Shown piece after piece: positions 12,201 through 23,849 of a DNA stretch of 64,000 nt. The notes under the pieces were generated by a model. It worked only from the letters and a program-made list of their open reading frames with translations. It was not told where the DNA came from and made no database searches. Origin of the DNA: Lingula anatina. Its lineage: Eukaryota > Animalia > Brachiopoda. Where the stretch lies: the NCBI GenBank assembly GCA_051362555.1, contig CM120645.1:22444001-22508000 (forward strand). The letters are read 5' to 3'. Position 1 is the stretch's first letter. The number at the start of each line of letters is the position of its first letter. The position numbers and the translations under genes were made by a program.

Positions 12201-15200
12201 ATAAAGAGAAAGTCATTGTACCTTGTTTGGTATTTATGTTTGTCATTTGTTACATGAATTAATAAGTAGTATTTACAAGAAATTGAGATTGCATCTTGTG
12301 TTGGCGTGTGTGACGGTATATCAATTCTTTTAGTTAAAATTAATGGACTCTAACGTCGAACTTTTTTTGTTGTAAGTTAATTGAGGGCGTTATAAAGATA
12401 AGAAAAAAAATATATACGTCAATATATTGACAAACCTGTGAGTTAATGCCTAAATCTTTAAGTTATCAAGTAAAATATATAAAAAAAAAAGTTGCCATAA
12501 ATAAAGCGACCTTAACTGGTAAAATAACATACAGCTTTATTACCGTGTTTGTTATTCAATTTAATTTTAACCTAGGCTTGTACGTTTTGAAACTTAATGT
12601 TCTGTCTTCCGTGATATTTCGCCAATTTTCGTACCAGAAAAGTGCACAATAAGATTGTAAACACTCAAAGACGCATAGCTGCAAATATTAAAACAGGTAA
12701 CACCACGTGCCTTCTCTTCCAAAAAGTTAGCAAGGAACTGTTTATGCTGTCCTTCCAGGCTTGCATTAATATACATGTACATGTACTGTATACAGACCAA
12801 AGAGGCCATGGGACCGATGACATTGCCCCTATCCCGTTCCCCTGGCTATTGCAGCAGCAGGTTATTTAATCATAATTTGTAGAAATCTTATTCTAATAAC
12901 TTCTCAGTGTTGCACATTTTCCAGGCCTTTCTTACGATCCACGTTCTAAGAAGCCATTCCTATATCACCAACTTATGTACATGTATATACTTAGGGTGGA
13001 CATTTGCGTATGCAGTTAAGACCAATTAAATTTTATCCTGTAACAAGTTAAACAGTAGCTTATTACAAAGGCCTGCTAACTCAATAGTCCAGGTAAATGA
13101 TTCAACCCGCCAGACACAAAAGGTCAAGCACTGCCTTTACAAAATCTTCTGCTGTAAACTTCCCGATCACAGATAACGATCGGCAGTTATGTTAAGGCCG
13201 ATTTTATCTCTTAACCAGGTGTGTAGCGGCTAATTACTAAGGCCTGTAAAAGAAATCGACCAGGTAAATAACCCATCCTCACTGACACAAATGTTCAGGA
13301 ACTGTGAAGTATGATATCTTCGGACAAAGTCTGCCAACTTTTACATAGAAGGCAATGCGATCCGCCATGTTGCCCGATTTGTTTTACCCCAGATGCCGGT
13401 TGCTAAGGCGCGTGACGTCAGCCCGACTGTCCCTCTTCGGCGGAGAATCGTTTGCGTAATATCGTCAGGACTTTGTTCGCGTAAAATCGTCAGAGGGAGA
13501 TCGTTCGCGATCCGAGCGAGACGAAAAAGCAATTTTCATATCATCATTGGGAGATCGTCCGCGATGTAAGCAAGAATGAAATGCAATTTTCATATTAGTT
13601 CAAGGGATTTAGGGAACTTCGTTAGCGGAAGATCGTCAGCGGGAGATCGTTCGCAATCCTTGCTTAACTTACTGTACCCGAAAAGGCAGTTTTCACATCT
13701 TCATCGGGAGATTGTTCGCGATGTAAGCAATAATAAAATGCAGTTTTCATACTAGTTCAAGGAACTTAAATTGCGGAAGATCGTCAACGGGAGATCATTA
13801 TTTTAACTCCCTGTAAATTTTTAGGAAGTTACAGATGGTAATTTTAGAAGGCCTGACACTCAATCCTGGGAAAAGCCCTGCATGCAACAAACGTTCCCAA
13901 GTGCGTAATTTTTTTTTAACATGTCGCGTCCAGGTTATGATGCAAGGTTGCAATTAGGCTTATCTTCATCCTTCTGATCTCCTCTATCAGGAGGTATGTT
14001 TCTTACCGAGAAAATAATTCTCAACATGTTTTCGGGTACAGTAAGTTAAATATAACTTAATCGAGATACACTAATAAATTGATTATTATTTACCACCAGA
14101 AAATGACTTAGGAAGTAGTAATAAATATCCCACCATATAGGAGGGTCAAAGATAACAGTCGCTAAGGATAAAAGCCCAAAGGCCGGATTTTTGAAAATTT
14201 CGTCATACCCAGGAGTCGGGGAGAGGTAATTTTGAAAAATTAGTCGGATTTACACAATTAAAAATATTAATTAATTTTTAAGCGGCGAAATTTTCAAGAC
14301 TTTACCGTACACAGTAGATTTTAAGTCCAGAAATACATTTGAAGAAGTTCATTCACAGTGCTGATGTTGATTGTTGGTTTCAGGTGTGGCAACGTACTGC
14401 AAAACACATGCAACCCCAGTGAAGGCAGAGGAGGGTCTGACTGGTCTCTTAGCAACCACAGGGGATGATAGTGCTTTGATTGGTTGCTATGGTAACCATG
14501 CTGATTTCACTGATGAAGAACTACAGAGTCTGGACAATGAGGGACGTGTTGTCATCACCCAACATAAAATCAGGTAGCATATGTTGGTGATTCTTTTAAA
14601 AAAGTGCACAAGTAATTTTCATTTTTGTTTTATTAAAAAAAATAAAATGTTTATTTTATTTTAATTCACATTCCAAATGAACTTGAAAATTTTTAATAAG
14701 TAATCCCCGATTTGGTAGTGGAGTGTTTTTCTTGACTGGAATTTAAACAGCTCTGAAGCTGATTTTTAGCATTTTTCATAATAAAATTCCATTTACTTGC
14801 ATTTGCAAAATATCAAGTTTACAAAAGTGTTTTTCTTGGACATGTCTAATACTGATATACCTATTATTATACCACAGGGCAGAAGAAAGCAAGGAAGAGC
14901 TACTGACTATCATCAATGTGTATGTCCCCCGTGCTGACCCAGAGAGGGAAGACAGACAGGTGTTCAAACAGAGGTTCTGTCAGCTTCTTCAGACTAGAGC
15001 CGAGGCTCTCGTCCACGCGGGCAGGTGGGTAGGACTCTAACACATACTTTATAGAGCATTTACACATCTATTTATGTATATTCATTATTGTCAGGACATT
15101 ACGCATCTAGTAGTGTCATGTTTTAGATTAAGACTATTTTATTCCTCATTATTCTGAAGTCACATCTATTCATTTTTTTTCATGGGCTAGCTTTTAAATG

Positions 15201-18200
15201 TATTCATATTAGTCGAATTCAGAATAAGTTCTAATTTATGCTTTTTCTTAAAAGTATGAAATTTTGTTGCATTTGAAAAAGTAATTTCTCTGAGTTAGGA
15301 GCAATTTGTTTGGTGCACATATAATAATTATTGCAATGGAAGGCAAGTGATGCACATATGAATTTAGTACTGGTACTTTTATTAATATATACTGGAATTA
15401 TTGTAATTTATTTATTGCATGTATCTCTCTTCCCAGCCATGTCATCATACTTGGAGACCTGAACATCTCTCACAAACAGATAGACCACTGTGACCCTGTG
15501 GAGAAGGAGGTAGGTGTGTCTTGCAGGCTATATTACTACAGCAGACATCAAATGCTTTCTGGTAATGTAAATTAAGATTCCACTTTGTTGATTCCCATAT
15601 TTATTTTAGCCAAATAACTAAGATAATATTACAGTAACTGTGTCACTCCGTCGTGTATGTGTGTCTGAGTGTTTGCTTATTTACATTCACAACTTAAATG
15701 CAGTTCAATAACTATAATAATCTTGAGAAAATCAAATTATTGTACCACCAGCGTTAGCGCTGGCGGTACACATGGTTTCGGTCCCGTCCGGATCGTTCCG
15801 CCGGCTCCGCCGGTTCCGCCGGCTCCGCCGGCTCCGCCGGACGGCTACCGTTACCGCTTCTCCTCCTAGACGGTAAGGGCCCCCGTACCCATCTCTTGGA
15901 TTTAGGTCACCTATAATCTCAACTCGTTCCACGTAAAATTTGGGCTTTGTCGGTATTGGGGTCTAGGTGTGGCACTCATTGCAATGCACCCTTGTCTAAA
16001 AATGGCAAAATTAAATGCTAATTATCTACCCTACGGAAGGAATTATGGGAAAAATTTCTACAGACGGCTTTCCAAAAGTCATATGTGTAGATTTCAAATA
16101 TGCCCTTGGATTTGACCTTTGACCTTTATTTCAAGGTCAAACGGGCCAAAATTTTCAAAAAAATTAATTTTTTTACGAAAAAAAAATTATTTGCCCTGTT
16201 ATTCAGACACCACACAGACTTAACCAAAAATATTATTGGAAGTTGTTACCCTTCAGGTCATCTTTCATCTCCGTGAATTTGGGGTCAATCGGTGCATTTT
16301 CACGGGAGTAGCGGCCATAAGATACTGAAACTAAAAACTGTCTCTAATTCGGGAACCGTTAATGCTAGAGACCCATTCTTTTTTGCATTTTGTAGAGCAT
16401 GTAAAGCCCAACACTGGAGGTGGTCTCCGTTTTTTTGTATTCCATACGGTTTTCGAGTTACGCTGTATCAAAAAGTACATATTGGTGGTGAAAGCAAAAT
16501 GTGCAGTACGGTAATGGATAATAAATTTTGAACTCCAGAAAAAAATATATATAAGGCTTGGCAAAGCAGACAACTCATAGTCAAAAATAACATTATTTCA
16601 TCAAATTTGAACTTCTGGAACTTCAGAGCACCTCCCATTTCAAGAATTTTGACCAAAATTACCTTTTCTTTATTTTAATTAATTTTTTTCTGTAGGAAAT
16701 TTATGGCACATTATGGTAACTCCAAAATTATAACATTTAGTCCCTTATATCTCCAAAACTGGCAGAGATAGGTCCATAGTTACTATTGAAGTTGAATAGG
16801 AAGTCATATACTGGCAATCTTACTGTGACCTTGAAATTGACCTTTGACCTACTTTTCACTATGAACTGAACTTTGCAAATTTTGCTTCCCTTTTATCTAC
16901 AAAACTGGCAGAGATATGTCCATAGTTACTATTGAACTTGAATAGGAAGTCATATACTGGCAATCTAAATGTGTCCTTAAAATTGACCTTTGACCTACTT
17001 TTCACCATGAACTGAACTTTGCAAATTTTGCTTCCCTTTTATCTCCAAAACTGGCAGAGATAGGTCCATAGTTACTATTGAACTTGAAAAGGAAGTCATA
17101 TACTGGCAATCTAAATGTGACCTTGAAATTGACCTTTGACCTACTATTCACCATGAACTGAACTTTGCAAATTTTGCTTCCCTTTTATCTCCAAAACTGG
17201 CAGAGATAGGTCCATAGTTACTATTGAAGTTGAATAGGAAGTCATATACTGGCAATCTTACTGTGACCTTGAAATTGACCTTTGACCTACTTTTCACCAT
17301 GAACTGAACTTTGTAAATTTTGCTTCCCTTTTATCTCCAAACCTGGCAGAGATATGTCCATGGTTACTATTGAACTTGAATAGGAAGTCATATACTGGCA
17401 ATCTTACTGTGACCTTGAAATTGACCTTTGACCTACTTTTCACCATGAACTGAACTTTGCAAATTTTGATTCCCTTTTATCTCCAAAACTGGCAGAGATA
17501 TGTTGATAGTTACCATTGAAGTTGAATAGGAAGTCATATACTGGCAATCTTACTGTGACCTTGAAATTGACCTTTGACCTACTTTTCACCATGAACTGAA
17601 CTTTGCAAATTTTGCTTCCCTTTTTTCTCCAGCACTGGCTGAGATAGGTCCATAATTACTATAGAACTTGAATAGGAAGTCATATACTGGCAATCTAAAT
17701 GTGACCTTAAAATTGACCTTTTACCTACTTTTCACCATGAACTGAACTTTGCAAATTTTGCTTCCCTTTTATCTCCAAAGTTATGCTGTATCAAAAAGTA
17801 CATATTGGTGGTGAAAGCAAAATGTGCAGTACGGTAATGGATAATAAATTTTGAACTCCAGAAAAATAAAACATAAGGCTTGGCGAAGCAGACAACTTGT
17901 GGTCAAAAAAAAATAACATTATTTCATCAAATTTGAACATCTCGAACTTCAGAGCACCTCCCATTTCAAGAATTTTGACCAAAATGACCTTTTCTTTATT
18001 TTAATTATTTTTTTCTGTAGGAAATTTATGGCACATTATGGTAACTCCAAAATTATAACATTTAGTCCCTTATATCTCCAAAACTGGCAGAGATAGGTCC
18101 ATAGTTACTATTGAAGTTGAATAGGAAGTCATATACTGGCAATCTTACTGTGATCTTTAAATTGATCTTTGACCTACTTTTCACTATGAACTGAACTTTG

Positions 18201-20598
18201 CAAATTTTGCTTCCCTTTTATCTCTAAAACTGGCAGAGATATGTCCATAGTTACTATTGAAGTTGAATAGGAAGTCATATACTGGCAATCTTACTGTGTC
18301 CTTAAAATTGACCTTTGACCTACTTTTCACCATAAACTGAACTTTGTAAATTTTGCTTCCCTTTTATCTCCAAAACTGGCAGAGATAGGTCCATAGTTAC
18401 TATTGAAGTTGAATAGGAAGTCATATACTGGCAATCTAAATGTGACCTTAAAATTGACCTTTGACCTACTTTCCACCATGAACTGAACTTGCAAATTTTG
18501 CTTCCCTTCTATCTCCAAAGTTACGCTGTATCAAAAAGTATATATTGGTGGTGAAAGCAAAATGCGCAGTACGGTAATGGATAATAAATTTTGAACTCCA
18601 GAAAAATAAAACATAAGGCTTGGCAAAGCAGACAACTCATGGTCAAAAATGACATTATATCATCCAATTTGAACATCTCGAACTTCAAGACACTTCCCAT
18701 TTCAAGAATTTTGACCAAAATTACCTTTTCTTTATTTTAATTAATTTTTTCTATAGGAAATTTATGGCACATTATGGTAACTCCAAAATTATAACATTTA
18801 GTCCCTTATATCTCCAAAACTGGCAGAGATAGGTCCATAGTTACTATTGAAGTTGAATAGGAAGTCATATACTGGCAATCTTACTGTGACCTTGAAATTG
18901 ACCTTTGACCTACTTTTCACCATGAACTGAACTTTGTAAATTTTGCTTCTATTTTATCTCCAAAACTGGCAGAGATAGGTCCATAGTTACTATTGAAGTT
19001 GAATAGGAAGTCATATACTGGCAATCTTACTGTGACCTTGAAATTGACCTTTGACCTACTTTTCACCATGAACTGAACTTTGCAAATTTTGATTCCCTTT
19101 TATCTCCAAAACTGGCAGAGATAGGTCCATAGTTACTATTAAACTTGAAAAGGAAGTCATATACTGGCAATTTACTGTGACCTTGAAATTGACCTTTGAC
19201 CTATCTTACGATGAATTAACTTTGATTGTACCATTTTAAATTATATATATTTTTTGCATATTTTGAAAATTCTTGTTGATTGCATTTTTACAGCTTGTCA
19301 AGCACAAGACTGGTGGCTGTGTCCCTTACTTTGTGTATGTTGGGGTCTATACGAATGCGCTTGCTCCAGCTGGTGGTACAATATTCGGAGGCGGTATCGC
19401 CTCTCTGATCCTCTAGTTGTTCTTGACATGAAAATGAATCATACTTTAAAACTCATGAGATCAGTATTTTTACTTTAAGGAATTTGATGCCCGTCCAAGC
19501 CGCAAATGGCTCAATGCATTCCTGAAGCCAATAGGCACAGCAGCAGAACCAGCTCAGGATGTGGAAGCAGACACAGACTCTATTGTCACAGGGGGCATAT
19601 TCATTGACACATTTCGTTATTTCCGTCCCAATGAAAAAAGTGCTTTCACGTGTTGGAACACCTCCACAGGAGCCAGACAGACCAACTACGGAACCAGGAT
19701 AGACTACATTCTGGCCAGTGCTGACCTCTGTGAAGGGCTGGTCAGGGACTGTGTAATCCGTCCAGATATAGAGGGAAGTGACCACTGCCCAGTTAAGGCA
19801 GAGTTGACCTGTGATATTGTACAGTCTGCAAAATATCCACCCATTTGTACGAAATTTATGCCAGAATTTTCAGGGAAGCAGCAAAAGCTGTCGGAATTTT
19901 TTAGTAAGTCTGCTAAGGAGCCAAAGCATACTTCAGGGGAATTAGTTAAATCAGAGGCCGCCATTTTCAAAGAAGAATTTAATGGTAATGATAAATCTAC
20001 CATTACAGGCGTCAAACACAAAACAGAAACAAGACTCCTTTCCAAAAGAGCTGCACCTCTGTTAATGAAGCAGACGTCCAAAAAATCCAAATTGGATGAT
20101 AGGAAAGGCAAACAGTCCAGTTTAAAGAATTTTTTTATTTCAAAAACAATTACTCCGGCCAAAGAAAAAGGTTCTCTTGACTCTGGGATTGAAAACAGAA
20201 CTTGCGTTGAAGATGGGATATTTCTTTCCCAGAACAGCGACGGAGAGGGAACTTATTCTTCACAAGAGAGCAATGAGACCTCATCAGTCACATACAGTGA
20301 ATCGATATCACTACACTCCTCACAGGAAAGCAACGAAACTCCATCATCCCAGGAGACGATCAACAAAAGCCAAAACCTAAAAGACGCTTGGAAAACGATG
20401 TTGAAAGGACCACCCAAACCGCCATCTTGCAAGGGGCATAAAGAGCCGTGTGTTCTGAGAACGGTTAAGAAAGAGGGCGTGAATTTTGGCAGACAGTTCT
20501 GGTGTTGTGCCCGGCCCCAGGGACATGCTTCTAACCCACTGGCAAGGTGTGAACACTTTGAATGGCTGCCTAAGAAAAAGAAGGGCAGTTTAAAGTAG
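9080..20598 (+). CDS. APEX2: AP endonuclease 2 (APE2); exons 9080-9194, 9651-9734, 14384-14573, 14878-15024, 15437-15509, 19480-20598
   Basis: EEP motifs MKIITWNINGIR, CFQETK, SGYSGVAT, LDNEGR, NVYVP, ILGDLN, FTCW..GARQTNYGTRIDY, GSDHCP; PIP box QSSLKNFF; C-terminal GRF zinc finger (CKGHKEPC...GRQFWCC...C.HFEW). GT-AG boundaries with compatible phases. Confidence 0.95.
10490..13810 (+). repeat. CpG-rich tandem array (about four units of 300-360 bp built from GGGAGATCGTTCGCG sub-repeats), interrupted at 11470-13435
   Basis: The unit start atcttc(a/g)gcgga(g/a)aat(c/t)gttcgc recurs near 10497, 10850 and 11168, and resumes at about 13435. Confidence 0.8.
11470..13435. mobile_element. Nested non-autonomous element with about 290-bp TIRs and GAG...CTC termini (Sola-like)
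   Basis: 11470 to about 11755 is an imperfect inverted repeat of about 13150-13435 (GAGGGACAGTCGG...CCGACTGTCCCTC). It splits one unit of the host tandem array. TSD unclear, so the superfamily is tentative. Confidence 0.7.
15737..19418 (+). mobile_element. Helentron-associated non-autonomous element (HINE/DINE-1/pearl-like) in APEX2 intron 5
   Basis: 5' subTIR TTGTACCACCAGC with adjacent inverted copy GCTGGCGGTACA; (CCGGCTCCG)n microsatellite; central tandem repeats; 3' subTIR GCTGGTGGTACAA at 19369; hairpin GAGGCGGTATCGCCTC; CTAGTT end. Confidence 0.85.
16457..19205 (+). repeat. Satellite-like array of about 13 monomers of 146 bp in three blocks (7, 3, about 2.7), each block preceded by a spacer of about 295 bp
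   Basis: Monomer starts at 16751, 16897, 17043, 17189, 17335, 17481, 17627; 18076, 18222, 18368; 18812, 18958, 19104. Spacer copies start at about 16457, 17780, 18520. Confidence 0.92.
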
Positions 20599-20626
20599 CA
20601 TGTGTGCATAAAATTTCATTTATCTC

Positions 20627-22844
20627 TTTTTATGTACAGACACAGATGTGTCTGTACATATTGCCATCACCTGCGTCTGTCGTCGCCGTCGCCGATCATG
20701 TCGCCGTCGCCGTCGCCGTCGCCGTGCACTTTCAGCGTTAACACCATAAGTGGAAGACAGTTTTACTTTTTGGCTTTATATTTACAGAGCTGACTAATAT
20801 TCATAAAACACAGGTCAAGTTCGAAAATCAGCATGATCGGGCCATTATTGTAGAATTTATGCTGTTTTTTCACTTTTTAGCATATATGCAATACTGTTAA
20901 CACATTTCAAGGAAAACCAATAGGCCTGTTGTCATGAAACTCACAGGAGTAATCAATCTTACTAAAACGCCGATCAAGTTCGAAAATCGGCATGATCGGG
21001 CCACTATTTTAGTAGTTATGCTGTTTTTTTCACTTTTCAGCATATGTGCAACACTGTTAACACATTTCAAGGAAAACCGATAGACCTGTTGTCATGAAAC
21101 TCACAGGAGTAATTTATCTTACTAAAACGCAGGTCAAGTTCGAAAATCAGCATAATCAGGCCATTATTTTATAAGTTGTGCTGTTTTTTCACATTTCCTC
21201 AGATTCAATTCTTAGGCATGTTAACAGTCTCATTATTTAACTAATAAGATTCGTAAAAGTGTTTGTTTGACATTTCCTGCATCTTTACAACATTGTTAGT
21301 TGATTATAAAAAAATGATGGTAAACTTGTTATCATGTATTGTATAATAGAGTTTCAAAAATGGAAATAAACTCATATCATTGCATTTTGTCAGATTCATT
21401 CATTCACTATGTTCAGAAACTCAGAATGGAGGAAATTGGACATTAAACACTGTTCTATTGATATTTTTCCCATCTCATCTATTTTCTTAGTTGATCATAT
21501 ATAAATGGCAGTAAATTGTTAATTTTGTTATATGTTAAAAAATTGTTAAAAATGGAAAAAAACACATTTCAGGACAGTGCTGTCTTGTCTACATTTTGGC
21601 ATTTTCAGGGTGTGACTTTGAAGTTCCTTGGGCCTGAAGACCTTTGCTAAGAACATTTTCTGAATATCCATGATACTAATATTTTATTATTAAAAATTGA
21701 TGGTAATTATCCTGTTAAACATTATGTAATATTGCATCAAAATTTGAAGACACCCCTATTTTGGACACTGCTCCCATGATGACCATTTAAGGAAAACCAT
21801 GTCACTTTGTTCTCAAACTTACAGGAAGAAACATGGGACTTAAATAAAGCTTCAGTGGGCAATGCAGTCTATTTGGTAAATTTTTTTGGCAGTTAAACTG
21901 TTTTTTGTTTTTTTTTTTTTTTGTGAAAATTTAATTTTTCACATATTGGCATTTTCAAGGTGTGACTTAAGAACCTCCACGAGCTTGAAGACCCATGCTA
22001 ATCACATTTTCTTAAAATCCATGATACGGATCTTTTATTATTAAAAACTGATGGTCATTATGCTGTTAAGCATTATGTAATATTGCATTAAAATAGAAGA
22101 AAACACAATTTTGGGTGCTGCTGCCATGATGACCATTATGGGAAAACCATGTTACTTATGATTGTCAAACCTTCAAAAAAGAAACAAAGCACTAAAATGC
22201 AGCCTGAGTTGGAAAAGCAGTCTAATTGGCTTCTTTTTCTGGAAGTTATACATTTTAGTGAAATATTCATTTTTATCATGTTGGCATATTCATTGTCTGA
22301 CTCGAAGCTCCCATGGACATGAAGCCAAATGGTAATCAAATTTTCTACATGTCCATGCTATTTGTAGTCAATAATCAAAAATTGGTGATAATTATTCTGT
22401 AGTTTATTATGTAATGTTACATCAAAATTGACAAAAATCTTTTTGCACTGCTACTACAAACATCATGAAAAGAAAACTGTGTTACTTATTATTATTTTCA
22501 ACTTACGAGTATGATTTGTAGGATTGGCATGCAGTTCAAATAAGAAAGCCAGCTCAAATGGGTTATCATTTATTATTGAATTTAAGCAGTTTTATGTGAA
22601 ATTTTCATTTTTCTTATTCTGGCATTTTCAAAGTGTGAACTTAAACTCCCATGGGCCTGAAGCCTTACGCTTGTTACACATTTCACTTACATTGGTATTA
22701 CCTGTTGAGCATAATTAAAATTTGATGTTGAATTTGCAGTTACACATAATGTACTTTTGCATCAGAATTGACAGTAGCCTGTTTTGTGCATTGTTATTGT
22801 CTGCTTTTTGTCTGTACATTTGACAGCTTTGCTGCCTTGTTTTT
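20627..22844 (+). mobile_element. Second Helentron-like (HINE) element, immediately downstream of the APEX2 stop
   Basis: 5' TTTTTATGTACAGACA plus inverted TGTCTGTACAT; (TCGCCG)n microsatellite; about 160-bp repeats near 20811, 20971, 21130; diverged about 350-bp repeats; 3' subTIR TGTCTGTACAT at 22809, small hairpin CAGCTTTGCTG and CTTGTTTT end. Confidence 0.75.
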
Positions 22845-23849
22845 GTAAAAGACAACATATTGAAACAGATATTATGTGAAACAATTTGAAAATATGCAAT
22901 TTAATGTGCAGTGGGATATGAAAGTTTATGCAAGAACTTTAAGACTTCACTGAAACTAACATAAAAATACCTTTTTAAAATTAAAGTGGCAATTTTATAT
23001 TAATGTTTTTGGGAAATTTGAAGAAAAAATTCAAAAGAACATTCAGGTAACAACATATGGGTAAATTATCCAGAAGATATTGAAGGATTACACTCTTGAT
23101 CAAAACTGTTCTATGCACAACTAAAACTTCATGTTGTAATTTTTTATTAAATAATTCATATCCTGTAAAAAGAAAGAAAGAAAAAATACACTTGTCTCAA
23201 TAATTTTTGTGTTGTTCTACCCGTCACTATAATACCATTTTTGGGCAATGTACTAAGTAAGTTGAATGAGGGAAGGTTTCTGCGTATACAGATAGTATTG
23301 TAGTATTGCCTCAGCTTTACACAGGAATGTCTATCAGTTCTGTAGGAAACATAGGAAGAAAAAACCAACATTTGAACATCTGATACTGTTGTGTGTTTCT
23401 TTGGAGTGAGAAATCTGGTGCAGGTAACCCCCGAATATGGCTTTAAGATCTGCAACCAGCTCTTGAAGGAAGTTTGCCTCAATATTGCTTGATGGGGAGG
23501 TGTCTGGGTGCAACCTCTATTCCATAGCTATAACCTGTTACACAGATGTTACCTTCTATTGTGCGACATAATGTTAACATGTTCAACAGTATCCAACACT
23601 GAACAATTACGTAAACCACAGCGACACAACTTCCTCCATGATATTTCGATACTGAAGATGACGAGAGCTTCTCAAAACTTCGACACCCACAACAAACATT
23701 CAGTTTTAATCAAATTATTGTGGCCCATGACATGAATAATTTATACTGTCTCTCTTTGTATATTAAATAAAAACAAATATCCCTGTGCATCAAAATGCAC
23801 ACACGCACAAAAGAAAATCAAAATCCCCACATATCAGCTGCAGCCGATG

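Larger units (their letters stand above)
9882..14307. mobile_element. Non-autonomous DNA transposon, about 4.4 kb, TA-flanked (Tc1/mariner/pogo-like), in APEX2 intron 2
   Basis: TA|CGGTAAAGTCTTGAAAATTTCGTCG ... CGGCGAAATTTTCAAGACTTTACCG|TA terminal inverted repeats; subterminal AAAATTTCGTC repeats at both ends; no transposase ORF. Confidence 0.85.

Noticed and set aside
11760-13150. Possible transposase remnants or captured exons inside the long-TIR element
   Set aside because: Only short stop-interrupted frames with no recognisable motif; needs a translated search.
16751-19205. Regular repeats as a CRISPR array
   Set aside because: Monomers are contiguous 146-bp units without unique spacers, in eukaryotic context with no cas genes.
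19704-20609. Minus-strand ORFs over the last APEX2 exon
   Set aside because: Antisense shadows of a real exon.
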